From Acidimicrobiia bacterium (lineage in GTDB: Bacteria; Actinomycetota; Acidimicrobiia; Acidimicrobiales; CATQHL01): a DNA stretch of 64,000 nucleotides. Position 1 is the first letter of the stretch, and each line of letters opens with the position of its first letter. The DNA lies in NCBI GenBank assembly GCA_009840735.1, contig VXNF01000102.1:5038-69037 (forward strand), given 5' to 3'. Shown here piece by piece: positions 37,776 through 47,455 of this stretch. Position numbers and translations under genes: made by a program. The notes under the pieces were generated by a model, which saw only the letters and a program-made list of their open reading frames with translations, did no database searches and was not told where the DNA came from.

Positions 37776-38072
37776 GTGTCCTCGCCCCCGGATCGCTCCC
37801 CTGCGGCCGCCGACCCGACCAGCCGGGGATACCACGCCTTCGAGGACCCTGTCCACGACCGCCTGTTCGGAGTGATCCTGACCCTGGGAGCGGAGGTGTG
37901 GAGCCTCCGGGACAGGCTCAACCTCCTCGAGAGCGCCCTCGCGGACCAAGGGATCGCGGTGTCCGCTCTCATCGAGGAGCTGGCGCTCGACCCGGAGCGG
38001 GCGCACGCCACAGCCGCCGACCGGGACGCCTTCTTGGCGCGATTCCTGCGCGCCATCAGCGCCGACGGGTAG
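37776..38072 (+). CDS. Small helical hypothetical protein, probable methyltransferase partner
   Basis: Starts 7 bp after the methyltransferase. Amphipathic DRLFGVILTLGAEVWSLRDRLNLLESAL. Confidence 0.75.
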   Translation: MSSPPDRSPAAADPTSRGYHAFEDPVHDRLFGVILTLGAEVWSLRDRLNLLESALADQGIAVSALIEELALDPERAHATAADRDAFLARFLRAISADG

Positions 38073-38079
38073 GGAGCGA

Positions 38080-38985
38080 GTGCCCCCGAGTCCTGACCGA
38101 GGAGTCGCACAGTTCTTCCGGATCGACGACGTCCCGCCGGCAGCAGTCTCCGAGCCCGAGATGCTGGTCGGCTGCTCCGGGCGCCTCCTGTCGCATGACC
38201 CTCGAACGGGGCAGCGGACTCTCGTGGCGCACATCCCCGCCGGCTGGTCGGCACCGCTGGGCGGCGAGTTCGGAACGCTGGAGCTGCTGATCCTCGAGGG
38301 TTCGCTGACCGTTGGGGGCAGGCGACTGGGCGCCGGGGGTTTCGTGGCCCTCCCCACAGGCTGCGACCCACTGGAGGCAACCGCCCGCCGAGCGGCCCGA
38401 GCCGTGGCGGTCTGGAGCCCCCACTTCGCAGCGGGCGACTACTACGACGCGGTACCGCGGGTCCTGCGCACGGTCGACCTGCCCTGGGCACCCACGGTGT
38501 TCCCCGCCGAACTGCAGAAGCCGGGACGCCTACATGGCGTGTGGTCCAAGTCGTTGCGCCTCCCCGACCCGGTGCGCGGCGACGTCCACGGCGGACCGAA
38601 GGGCCTGCTTCGCATCGTGAACCTTGTGGCGGGTTTCGTGGGCGATCACCGCCAGGAGTCCCATCCGAGCTGCTGGGAGGAGATTATCTGGCTCGCAGGG
38701 GACTTCTTCATGCCGGGGACCGGCCGGCAGGCGGCGGGCAGCTACGTGGGAAATCCGCCGCACCACCGCCACGGACCGTTGCTGACCCAGCGAGGCTGCA
38801 TCCTGCTGGTCCACACCGACGCCCCGGCAGACTTCTGCTTCCACGATCCACCCGTTCCGGAGTCTCAAATCTCCGTCTACATGGACGGCGTCTCGTGGCT
38901 CGAGGACCCGGTACACGTTCGCTCGCCGGAGGGATCGCTGGCCGTTCCCCCCAGCGGAATGCTCCGCGCGGCATCCGCGGACTAG
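38080..38985 (+). CDS. Bicupin-like protein (DUF4437/ChrR-like cupin)
   Basis: ELLILEGSL-VGG, QESH-WEEIIWLAGD, NPP-HGP. Paralog of 45974-46885. Confidence 0.7.
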   Translation: MPPSPDRGVAQFFRIDDVPPAAVSEPEMLVGCSGRLLSHDPRTGQRTLVAHIPAGWSAPLGGEFGTLELLILEGSLTVGGRRLGAGGFVALPTGCDPLEATARRAARAVAVWSPHFAAGDYYDAVPRVLRTVDLPWAPTVFPAELQKPGRLHGVWSKSLRLPDPVRGDVHGGPKGLLRIVNLVAGFVGDHRQESHPSCWEEIIWLAGDFFMPGTGRQAAGSYVGNPPHHRHGPLLTQRGCILLVHTDAPADFCFHDPPVPESQISVYMDGVSWLEDPVHVRSPEGSLAVPPSGMLRAASAD

Positions 38986-39032
38986 ATTCCCCGGCGAATC
39001 ACCGGTCGAACAGGTCCGAGGAGCACAGAGTC

Positions 39033-41084
39033 ATGGCAGACGTATGGGTGGGAGTCGACACGGGTGGCACGTTCACCGACCTCTTGGCCTTCAACGCCGA
39101 CGGCCAGCTGTTCGCCGCCAAGACGCCCTCGACGCCTGATGACGACACCGAGGCGTTCCTGACGGGGCTCGCCTCCCTGCAGGCCTCGGCGGACTTCGAG
39201 CCGGGCGACGTCGTCGGGCTGCACTACGGCACGACGGTCGCCCTCAACGCGGTTCTCCAGAAGCGCTGGCCGTCGCTGGGGCTGATCGTCACCGACGGCT
39301 ACCGCGAGATGATCGAGATCGCCCGCCAGACGGTCCCCGGCGACTGGGGCGCCATCTACACCTGGGTCAAGCCGCCCCGAGTCGTGCCCCTGGAGAACGT
39401 CCGACAGGTTCGCGGGCGCATCACCCACACCGGCGAGGTGCTCGAGGAGATGAGCGCCGGCGACGTGCGCTCGGCGGCGGCGTTCTTCAAGGAGAAGGGC
39501 ATCAACGCCGTCGCTCTGTGCTTCATGCACAGCTACCTGGATCCCTCCCACGAGCAGCGGGCGCGCGACGTGTTCCGCGAGATCCACCCCGACTGCTTCC
39601 TGACGATCTCCTCGGACGTCCTCCCGGAGTTTCGCGAGTACGAGCGGGCCATGACGACGTGCCTGAACGCGGCGCTGATGCCGCTGGTCACCGACTACCT
39701 CGACAGCCTCGACAGCCGCCTCAAGGGGGCCGGCTACTCCGTTCCGCTGCTGCTCATGCGCTCCTCAGGGGGTCTCTCCCAGAGCGACCGCGTCGTGGAG
39801 CAACCCGCCACCATCGCCTATTCCGGGCCCAGCGCCGGCGTCCTGGGCATGGCCTGGCTAGCTGAGCAGATCGGCGAGGACAAGGTGCTCACCTACGACA
39901 TGGGGGGAACGTCCACCGACGTGGCGCTCGTCGAGGACGGGCGACCCCTGCTGACCACCGAGGGGCTGCTGGACATCTACCCCATGGGCATGCCCTCGAT
40001 CGACATCGTGTCCATCGGCGCCGGCGGAGGGTCGATCGCCTCGCTGGGCACCGGCGATCGCCTCCGGGTCGGTCCCGAGAGCGCCGGCGCCGACCCCGGG
40101 CCGGTGTGCTACGGCAATGGCGGTACCCAGCCCACCGTCACCGACGCCAACCTGGTCCTCGGGCGCATCCCCGACTACCTGCTCGGCGGCGACATGCCGC
40201 TGAACGCCGAAGCGGCACGGGAGGCGGTCGGCACCATGGGCGGGAAGCTGGGCCTCGGGCCTGAGGAGTTCGCCCACGGCATCCTGCAGCTGGCCGCCGC
40301 CCGCATGTCCGCGGCGGTGCGCCAGGTCTCCATCGCCCGAGGCCGCGACCCGCGCGAGTACGCGCTGTTCGCCTTCGGCGGGGCCGGTCCGCTGCACGCC
40401 GCCGAGTTGGCCGACCAACTAGGAATCCGCAGGATCGTGATTCCGCCGCGTCCCGGTCTGGGCTCCTGCCTGGGCCTGCTGGCGGCGGACATCCAGGCCA
40501 GCGCGGTCCAGACGGTCAACACGCGTGCCGAGAGCATCTCCCCCGGCAGGTTCGGCGACACGTTCGCCGAACTCGAAGCGAAGGTGGTCGACGACATCTG
40601 TGGCCAAGGCATCGCCGCCCCCTCTACGGAGCGATTCGCCGACCTGTGCTATGTGGGCATGGCCACGGAATTGACCGTCCCGGTGCCGGACGGGCCGGTC
40701 TCCGCCGCCGGCCTCGACGCCGCCGTCGAGGCGTTCCACGCCGAGCACCAGCGCACCTACGGGTACCACTACGCCGGCGAGCAGCCCGTGGAGTTCGTCA
40801 ACCTGCGCGTGCGGGGAACCGGCCCGCTGCCCCGCATCGAGCTGGCCGAGACCACTCCCCGGGAGGGTTCGGTGACAGACGCCGCCCTCGGAGACCGCGA
40901 CGTGTACTACGGACCCCGGCACGGCAAGCAGACGACCCGCCTCTACGACCGGGACCGGCTGGCGGTCGGCCACGAGGTGGCGGGCCCGGCGATCATCGTG
41001 GAGTACGACTCCACCGTGCTGGTGCCGCCTGCCGCCAACACCCGGGTGGACGCCCTCGGCAACCTGCTCATCCACCTGGGCTGA
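39033..41084 (+). CDS. hyuA: Hydantoinase/oxoprolinase A subunit (ATP-dependent cyclic amide hydrolase)
   Basis: GVDTGGTFTD, GTTVALNA, EFREYER, SGPSAG, DMGGTSTD, IGAGGGS, GPESAGADPGP, FGGAGPLH. Confidence 0.93.
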   Translation: MADVWVGVDTGGTFTDLLAFNADGQLFAAKTPSTPDDDTEAFLTGLASLQASADFEPGDVVGLHYGTTVALNAVLQKRWPSLGLIVTDGYREMIEIARQTVPGDWGAIYTWVKPPRVVPLENVRQVRGRITHTGEVLEEMSAGDVRSAAAFFKEKGINAVALCFMHSYLDPSHEQRARDVFREIHPDCFLTISSDVLPEFREYERAMTTCLNAALMPLVTDYLDSLDSRLKGAGYSVPLLLMRSSGGLSQSDRVVEQPATIAYSGPSAGVLGMAWLAEQIGEDKVLTYDMGGTSTDVALVEDGRPLLTTEGLLDIYPMGMPSIDIVSIGAGGGSIASLGTGDRLRVGPESAGADPGPVCYGNGGTQPTVTDANLVLGRIPDYLLGGDMPLNAEAAREAVGTMGGKLGLGPEEFAHGILQLAAARMSAAVRQVSIARGRDPREYALFAFGGAGPLHAAELADQLGIRRIVIPPRPGLGSCLGLLAADIQASAVQTVNTRAESISPGRFGDTFAELEAKVVDDICGQGIAAPSTERFADLCYVGMATELTVPVPDGPVSAAGLDAAVEAFHAEHQRTYGYHYAGEQPVEFVNLRVRGTGPLPRIELAETTPREGSVTDAALGDRDVYYGPRHGKQTTRLYDRDRLAVGHEVAGPAIIVEYDSTVLVPPAANTRVDALGNLLIHLG

Positions 41085-41126
41085 AGACAGCCGCTACAAC
41101 CCGACGACGACCTGAAGGAGCCGACC

Positions 41127-43016
41127 ATGTCACCTACCGGCAACGGATCATCCAACGGCGACAGCTCGGAGGCGACCACCGAGTTCGAGCCGATCCTCTT
41201 CGAGATCATCGAGGGCGCCATCGAGTCGGCGCGCCGCGAGATGGAGATACAGGTGGAGCGAACCGCCCGCTCCACGATCGTGCGCGAGCAGCACGACCAC
41301 CGGTCGGGCATCTTCGACTCGCACGGCAACAGCGTGACGGCCCTGTCGTTCGCCTCGGTGCCGACGCCGATCATGAACAAGTTCGGGGCCAACATCCACG
41401 CCGACGACGTATTCCTCTACAACGACCCCTACAAGTCCGACGGGGGCATCACCCACCTCGGCGACATGTGCATCACGCGCCCGGTCTTCGCCGACGGCCA
41501 GATCGTGGCCTACGTGCAGGTGTTCGGCCACGTCAACGACATCGGCGGCCTGACTCCGGGCAGCGTCCCGCTCACGGCCTTCGAGATCTTCCAAGAGGGC
41601 TTCGTCGTCCCGCCGGTGAAGCTCTACGATCGCGGGCAGCTCAACGAGGCGCTCTTCGAGACCATCTTGAACAACTCGCGTTTTGCCGACGACCTGCGCG
41701 CCGACATCGACGCCTTCGTGAACGCCTGCGGCATCGGCGTCGTGCGGGTGCAGGAGCTGTGCGAGCGCTACGGATCTGAGGCGCTGGCGCAGACGTTCAA
41801 GGGCCTGCTCGACCGTTGCGCCCGGAGCCTGCGCGAGACGGTGCTGCCGATGATCCCCGACGGCTCGTACACCTTCGAGGACTTTTGCGAGTACGTGGAC
41901 GTGCAGCCCCGCGAGCCGCGCCACTACGTCAAGCTGCGGGCCACGATGACCAAGACGCCCGACGGCATCAACTTCGACTTCTCCGGCACCGACCCACAGA
42001 TCAAGGGATCGCTCAACTGGCCGGCGAACGACCGGTACTACGCCAAGTCGCTGGGAACGCTGTTCATCGCCTTCGCGCCGGACATGGTCATCAACGACGG
42101 CGTGAACGAGGTGATCACCTGCACGCTGCCCGAACGCACCGTGCTGAGCCCCGAGTGGCCCGCCGCCTGCGGCTGGCGCACGTTCCCGCTGCTGCGCATC
42201 TTGGACCTGGGCCTGGGCATCCTGGCCAAGGCCTCGGGCGGGTTCGTGCCGGCGCCGTCGGAGTCCATCTCCTCCTACGGGCTGTTCGGCCACAACGCCG
42301 ACGGCGACTACTTCCTGCTGCGGGAGATCACCGGCGCGGGCTCCGGCGCCCGCCCGTTCGCCGACGGGGCCGACACCGTGGACGTGGCACCGGAATCGAG
42401 GAACATGCCGGCGGAGTTCGCCGAGACGAACTTCCCGGTCCGCATCGTCCGGTTGGGCCTGCGTCAAGACTCCGGCGGGGCGGGGACGTTCCGGGGGGGC
42501 CTCGGCTACTTCAAGGACATCGAGATCCTCGTCGACGGGGAGATGCTCATCCACTCCGACCGGGCCACGCTGCAGCCGTGGGGGGTCAACGGCGGCCGCG
42601 CCGGGTTGGGCTCGGTCTGGCTCCTGAACCCCGACACTGCCGACGAGACGGTGCTGCCGGGCAAGTCCGATTCGATCCCCGTGCGCAAAGGCGACATCCT
42701 GCGGGTGCTCAGCCCCGGAGGCGGCGGCTGGGGCGATCCTCTGAACCGGGACCGCGAGGCGGTGCTGCTCGACGTGCGGCGGGGCCTGGTGTCGCCCGAG
42801 AGCGCTCGCGACGACTACGGCGTGCTGTTCCTGCCCACCGAGGATGACTACGAGCTCCAACTCGACGCCGAGGCAACCGAGGCCCAGCGGGCCGCCATCC
42901 GCGCCGAGCGGCCGCCGCTGAAGCTGTTCGACCGCGGCGAGAACTTCTATCGGCTCGTCGAGGAGGGAAAGATCACCCTGACGAGCAGTGACGAGGCCCT
43001 GGCCCCGGCGGGCTGA
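41127..43016 (+). CDS. hyuB: Hydantoinase/oxoprolinase B subunit
   Basis: RTARS-IVRE-D, NDPY-THLGD, GHVNDIGG, FDFSGTD, DSGGAGTFRGGLG, PGGGGWGDP. Confidence 0.93.
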   Translation: MSPTGNGSSNGDSSEATTEFEPILFEIIEGAIESARREMEIQVERTARSTIVREQHDHRSGIFDSHGNSVTALSFASVPTPIMNKFGANIHADDVFLYNDPYKSDGGITHLGDMCITRPVFADGQIVAYVQVFGHVNDIGGLTPGSVPLTAFEIFQEGFVVPPVKLYDRGQLNEALFETILNNSRFADDLRADIDAFVNACGIGVVRVQELCERYGSEALAQTFKGLLDRCARSLRETVLPMIPDGSYTFEDFCEYVDVQPREPRHYVKLRATMTKTPDGINFDFSGTDPQIKGSLNWPANDRYYAKSLGTLFIAFAPDMVINDGVNEVITCTLPERTVLSPEWPAACGWRTFPLLRILDLGLGILAKASGGFVPAPSESISSYGLFGHNADGDYFLLREITGAGSGARPFADGADTVDVAPESRNMPAEFAETNFPVRIVRLGLRQDSGGAGTFRGGLGYFKDIEILVDGEMLIHSDRATLQPWGVNGGRAGLGSVWLLNPDTADETVLPGKSDSIPVRKGDILRVLSPGGGGWGDPLNRDREAVLLDVRRGLVSPESARDDYGVLFLPTEDDYELQLDAEATEAQRAAIRAERPPLKLFDRGENFYRLVEEGKITLTSSDEALAPAG

Positions 43017-43921
43017 TGCTGCGCGCCGCCGCCGTTCAGATCTGCCCGGTTGACGGGGACGCTGGCGCCACCCTCGACAAGGCCGAGCAGTGGCTCGCCA
43101 CTGCCGGCGAGGGCGGCGTCAAGCTGGCGGTCCTCCCCGAGGGCTACCTGCCGGGCTTCGCGGAGATCCGCGAGGCCAAAGCCTCGGGCAACCCCGGCCG
43201 GCTGGCAGAGGTGTTCGCGGCCTTCGACACGGTTCCCGGCACCGCCACCGACCGTGTGGGGGCCATCGCCCGCCGCTACGGCATGGTGGTCGCCTTCGGG
43301 ATGCTGGCGCGGGCCGCCGAGGGTGAGCGGCCCACCAACGTGTCGGTGCTGATCGACGAGAGCGGCGCCGTCGCCAACATCCATCGCAAGATCCACCTCA
43401 CCCCCACCATCGAGTCGCCCGACTTCACGCCGGGCGACTCGCTCGCCGTGGCCGACACGGCCGCTGGCTGCGTAGGCAACATGATCTGCGCCGACTTCTC
43501 CCTCCCCGAGACCACTCGAATCCTGGCGATCAAGGGTGCCCGGATAATCTGCGGCTCCCTGGCGGGCTTCTACGTGCCCGGCCCCGACGCCGAGCAGGTC
43601 GTGCTCCACCTCTTCGAGCACTCGCACACATCGCCCACCCGCGCCATCGACAACTCCGTGTACCTCGTGCTCGCCAACATGGTCGGGCGCAGCGGCGACC
43701 TGGAGTTTTTCGGCAAGAGCCGAATCATCAGCCCCGAGGGGCGCATCCTGGCCGAGGGCGGCGAAGGCGTCGACTGCGAGGAGCTAGTCGTCGCCGACAT
43801 CGACCCCGACATCGACCGAGGGGACATGCCTTTCCGACTCATCGACCGCCGCCGTCCCGACCTCTACGAGGACATCCTGCTGCCGAATCCCGACGTCGGG
43901 GCGGTCGAATGGCGGAGCTAG
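43016..43921 (+). CDS. Carbon-nitrogen hydrolase (nitrilase/amidase/carbamoylase) family protein
   Basis: Glu-Lys-Cys triad contexts LPEG, HRKIH, ICAD; G-SRIISPEG. Confidence 0.9.
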   Translation: MLRAAAVQICPVDGDAGATLDKAEQWLATAGEGGVKLAVLPEGYLPGFAEIREAKASGNPGRLAEVFAAFDTVPGTATDRVGAIARRYGMVVAFGMLARAAEGERPTNVSVLIDESGAVANIHRKIHLTPTIESPDFTPGDSLAVADTAAGCVGNMICADFSLPETTRILAIKGARIICGSLAGFYVPGPDAEQVVLHLFEHSHTSPTRAIDNSVYLVLANMVGRSGDLEFFGKSRIISPEGRILAEGGEGVDCEELVVADIDPDIDRGDMPFRLIDRRRPDLYEDILLPNPDVGAVEWRS

Positions 43922-45840
43922 CCGAGGCTGTCACCCACCCACTAGACCCGCTGACCGCGAGCGAGATCGAGCGGGCCGCGGCAATCATCCGCCGCCAGCG
44001 CCCCGGCATGGATCGGTTGCGCTTCCCGCTGCTGATGCTGGCCGAGCCGGCGAAACAGGAGGTCTACGCGTTCCGGGCAGGCGATCCGATCCCCCGCCGG
44101 GCACGCGCCACCTTGCTGGACCGCGCCGACGGCGCAGCCTATGAGGCCGTCGTGTCGCTCGAGGAGGACCGGCTCGAGTCCTGGCGGGCACTGCCGGGGG
44201 CGCAGCCTCCGATCCTCATGGAAGAGTTCGCCGCCGTCGATGCGCTCGTGAAGAGCGACGAGCGTTGGCTCGCCGCCCTGGCTCGACGGGGCATCACCGA
44301 CGCGGACCTCGTGCAGGTGGACCTCTGGTCGGTGGGCGACTATCCGATCCAAGGCGTCGACTCCGCTCGCCGCCTCGTGCGGGCGGCGTCGTACCTGCGG
44401 AATCGGCCCAGCGACAATGGCTACGCAAAGCCCATCGAGAACGTCGTCGCCATCGTGGACCTCAACGAGAACCGGGTGCTCCAGATCCTCGACGGCGACG
44501 TCGTCCCGCTCCCCCCCGAGTCGGGCAACTACGACGCCGCCTCGGTGGGCGAACTGCGCACAGACCTGATGCCGCTCGACATTCTCCAGCCCGAGGGCCC
44601 CAGTTTCTCCATCGAGGGGTGCCTGCTGAGTTGGCAGCGCTGGAGCATGCGGGTGACCATGCACCCCACCGACGGGCTCGTCCTGCATCAGGTGGCCTAC
44701 GACGACGGCGAGCGGCGCCGCCCGATCCTGTACCGCGCCGCCCTGTCGGAGATGGTCGTGCCCTACGGCGACGGCACCGACGCCTTCCACTGGCGCAACG
44801 CGTTCGACGCGGGCGAGTACGGAATGGGCCGGAACATGGGCTCGTTGAGCTTGGGCTGCGACTGTCTCGGCGAGGTCCGCTACCTCGACGCGGTAGTGGC
44901 GGGCGACGACGGCGAACCCATGCTGTGCCCGAACGTGGTCTGCATCCACGAGGAGGACTACTCAATCCTCTGGAAGCACTACGACTTGAGCACCGGCTCC
45001 AGCGAGGTGCGGCGCTCCCGCCGGCTCGTCGTCTCCTCCATCGCCACCCTGGGCAACTACGAGTACGGCTTCTACTGGTACTTCTATCAGGACGGCCACA
45101 TCGAGTTCGAGATCAAGCTCACCGGCGTGGTGCAGACGCGCGCCCTGCCGCCGGGCGGCAGCGACGACTACGGCACCATCGTCAGCACCGATCTCAGCGC
45201 TGTGAACCACCAGCACATCTTCAACATGCGCCTCGACTTCGACGTGGACGGCACCGGGAACTCCGTCGTGGAGGTGGACACGGTGCCGCTGCCCCCCGGC
45301 GAGGCCAACCCGCACCGCAACGCCTTCGCCGCCCAGGAGACGCTGCTGGAGACCGAGCAGCAGGCACAGCGCATCATCGACCCCCTGAAGTCCCGCTGCT
45401 GGAAGATCGTGAACCCGACCAAGCTCAACCGCTTCGGCGAACCGGTGGCCTTCAAGCTGCTCCCCGAGGCGAGCTCGCTCATGCTGGCGGCGGCGGACTC
45501 GCGGGTGGCGGCACGGGCCCGCTTCGCCCAGAACCACCTCTGGGTCACGCCGTATGACCCCAACGAGATGCACGCGGCCGGCGACTACCCCAACCAGAGC
45601 ACCGGCGAGGACGGGCTGCCCCGCTGGACCGCGCAAGACCGCGGCATCAGCGACACCGACGTGGTGCTGTGGCACACGTTCGGGGTCTCGCACATCCCCC
45701 GGCCCGAGGACTGGCCGATCATGCCCGTGGAGCGGATCGGCTTCCAGTTGCTGCCGGTGGGGTTCTTCGATCGCAACCCGTCGCTGGACGTGGCGCCACC
45801 GCAGCCCGCCTGCCATCCCGGCGGCGAGCCCAACGAGTGA
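43909..45840 (+). CDS. Copper/TPQ-dependent primary amine oxidase
   Basis: HPLDPLT, FDAGEYG, LGCDC, TLGNYEY (TPQ consensus), HQH and H-PRPEDWPIMP copper ligands. No signal peptide. Confidence 0.95.
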   Translation: MAELAEAVTHPLDPLTASEIERAAAIIRRQRPGMDRLRFPLLMLAEPAKQEVYAFRAGDPIPRRARATLLDRADGAAYEAVVSLEEDRLESWRALPGAQPPILMEEFAAVDALVKSDERWLAALARRGITDADLVQVDLWSVGDYPIQGVDSARRLVRAASYLRNRPSDNGYAKPIENVVAIVDLNENRVLQILDGDVVPLPPESGNYDAASVGELRTDLMPLDILQPEGPSFSIEGCLLSWQRWSMRVTMHPTDGLVLHQVAYDDGERRRPILYRAALSEMVVPYGDGTDAFHWRNAFDAGEYGMGRNMGSLSLGCDCLGEVRYLDAVVAGDDGEPMLCPNVVCIHEEDYSILWKHYDLSTGSSEVRRSRRLVVSSIATLGNYEYGFYWYFYQDGHIEFEIKLTGVVQTRALPPGGSDDYGTIVSTDLSAVNHQHIFNMRLDFDVDGTGNSVVEVDTVPLPPGEANPHRNAFAAQETLLETEQQAQRIIDPLKSRCWKIVNPTKLNRFGEPVAFKLLPEASSLMLAAADSRVAARARFAQNHLWVTPYDPNEMHAAGDYPNQSTGEDGLPRWTAQDRGISDTDVVLWHTFGVSHIPRPEDWPIMPVERIGFQLLPVGFFDRNPSLDVAPPQPACHPGGEPNE

Positions 45841-45973
45841 GCCAGCCGCGCATGTACGGCAACTTTGGAGCTGCACAGGAACTCGACTGACTGGTCTGGC
45901 CTGGGGTAGGACTGGCGCAGCGCGGGCGCACTGATTCGGCTAGAAACTTGACCCGGCTAGGGAGGGAAACAGC

Positions 45974-46885
45974 ATGGACCATCGCAACCGTGACGATCCG
46001 CAGTTCTTCGACGTGTGGACGCTGCCGTGGGAGACGGCGCCCGGCGCCGAATTCCTGGGTGGCGTCGAGGCGCGGACCATGTCCGAGCGCCCCGAGACGG
46101 GCGCCGGCACCTACATGGTGAAGATGCCGCCTGGTTGGTCCCACACCGAGCAGGCCGACGAGGGGGCGCTGGAGATCTTCGTCGTGGAGGGAGACCTAAC
46201 CGCCAACGGCCGCACCGTCGGCGCCGGCGGCTACGCGGCGGTGCCGAAGGGCTGCGGCCCGCTGGAACTCGCCACCGAAGGGGGCTTCCAGGCCTACGCC
46301 TTCTGGAACCCCGTCTGGGCCGATGGCTACTACTACGACAACCAGCCCTTCGTGGCCAAGGTGTGGGAGATCGACTGGATCCTCACCGAGATGCCCGGTC
46401 TGCGCCACGGGATCATGCACAAGTCGCTGCGCTGGCCCGACCCGGCCGAAGGGCTGTTCCACGGCGGCCCCAGCGGGATGCTGCGCTTCATCCAGATGGC
46501 GCCCGGCTTCGGCGAGCCCCGCCAGGAGGTCCACTGGGACACCTGGGAGGAGATGGTCTGGCTGGCCGGCGACCTGCTCATGCCCGAGCGGGGCATGCAC
46601 GCCCCCGGATCGTTCCTCGCCAATCCCGCGGGGCTCAAGCACGGTCCGCTGCTCACCGCACGCGGCAGCCTGCTCATGCTCCACTGCGAGGCGCCCATGG
46701 GCGCGCAGTTCTACGAGCTGACCAACGACGACGGCACCGACGTCGGCGCGCAGCTGGTCGCAGACTTCCACGACGGCGAGTCGTGGCTGGAGGCACCCCG
46801 GCACACCGACTGGGACAAGCGCCGCGAGCAGCCCATCTATCCCAGCACGACGCCGGTCTACGCCGGCCCCGACGGCGACGCCTAA
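45974..46885 (+). CDS. Bicupin-like protein (DUF4437/ChrR-like cupin), paralog of 38080-38985
   Basis: EIFVVEGDL, KSLRWPDP, HGGPSG, QEVHWDTWEEMVWLAGD, NP-HGPLLT. GGAGG RBS. Confidence 0.72.
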   Translation: MDHRNRDDPQFFDVWTLPWETAPGAEFLGGVEARTMSERPETGAGTYMVKMPPGWSHTEQADEGALEIFVVEGDLTANGRTVGAGGYAAVPKGCGPLELATEGGFQAYAFWNPVWADGYYYDNQPFVAKVWEIDWILTEMPGLRHGIMHKSLRWPDPAEGLFHGGPSGMLRFIQMAPGFGEPRQEVHWDTWEEMVWLAGDLLMPERGMHAPGSFLANPAGLKHGPLLTARGSLLMLHCEAPMGAQFYELTNDDGTDVGAQLVADFHDGESWLEAPRHTDWDKRREQPIYPSTTPVYAGPDGDA

Positions 46886-46918
46886 GACAACCGCTCGAGC
46901 AGCCGAGGAGGGCACGAC

Positions 46919-47365
46919 ATGGCGGAGTTGAGCAACAGCGACCTGGTCCGCAAGACCTACGAGGCGTTCAACAGCCGCGACTTCGAGGCGGCGATCAGCT
47001 GCGTCCACGAGGACCTGGACTGGACCGAAGTGGCCAGCGGGCGGCGCTACCGGGGCCCAGAGGGGATGCTGCGGGAGTACCGCGAGTGGGCGCGGGCCTT
47101 CCCCGACGGCGCCGCGGAGATCACCAACCTCATCGAGGGCGGCGAGTGGGTGGTCGTGGAGTTCACGGTGCGGGGCACCAACACAGGTCCGATGATGGGC
47201 CCCGACGGCGAGATTCCTCCCACGAACGCCAAGATCGAGTTGCAGTCCTGCGACGTGCTGCGGGTTGTGGACGGCCGCGTCGCCGGCGGACGCAGCTACT
47301 TCGACCTCAACACGATCACGCGCCAAGTCGCCGGGGACGCACCGGATCAGACGCCGCTGCTGTGA
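46919..47365 (+). CDS. SnoaL/NTF2-like (ester cyclase family) protein
   Basis: YEAFN-RD, AFPD, VVVEF-RGTNTGP, IPPT, R-YFD. Confidence 0.85.
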   Translation: MAELSNSDLVRKTYEAFNSRDFEAAISCVHEDLDWTEVASGRRYRGPEGMLREYREWARAFPDGAAEITNLIEGGEWVVVEFTVRGTNTGPMMGPDGEIPPTNAKIELQSCDVLRVVDGRVAGGRSYFDLNTITRQVAGDAPDQTPLL

Positions 47366-47455
47366 CGTCCCAGCCGCCGCGGTGGTGCGGGGGCGTCGTG
47401 TACCTGGCGCAGCGACGCAGGGATCGTTTGGCTTGACAGGCCCGGCGCCGAGTCG

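Noticed and set aside
45837..45890. 17-codon micro-ORF overlapping the amine oxidase stop codon
   Set aside because: Too short to support. It may be a gene remnant or chance.
36641..47365. Secondary-metabolite biosynthetic gene cluster
   Set aside because: No scaffold-forming enzyme (NRPS, PKS, terpene synthase, RiPP precursor) is present. The importer and multiple hydrolases favour catabolism or biotransformation.
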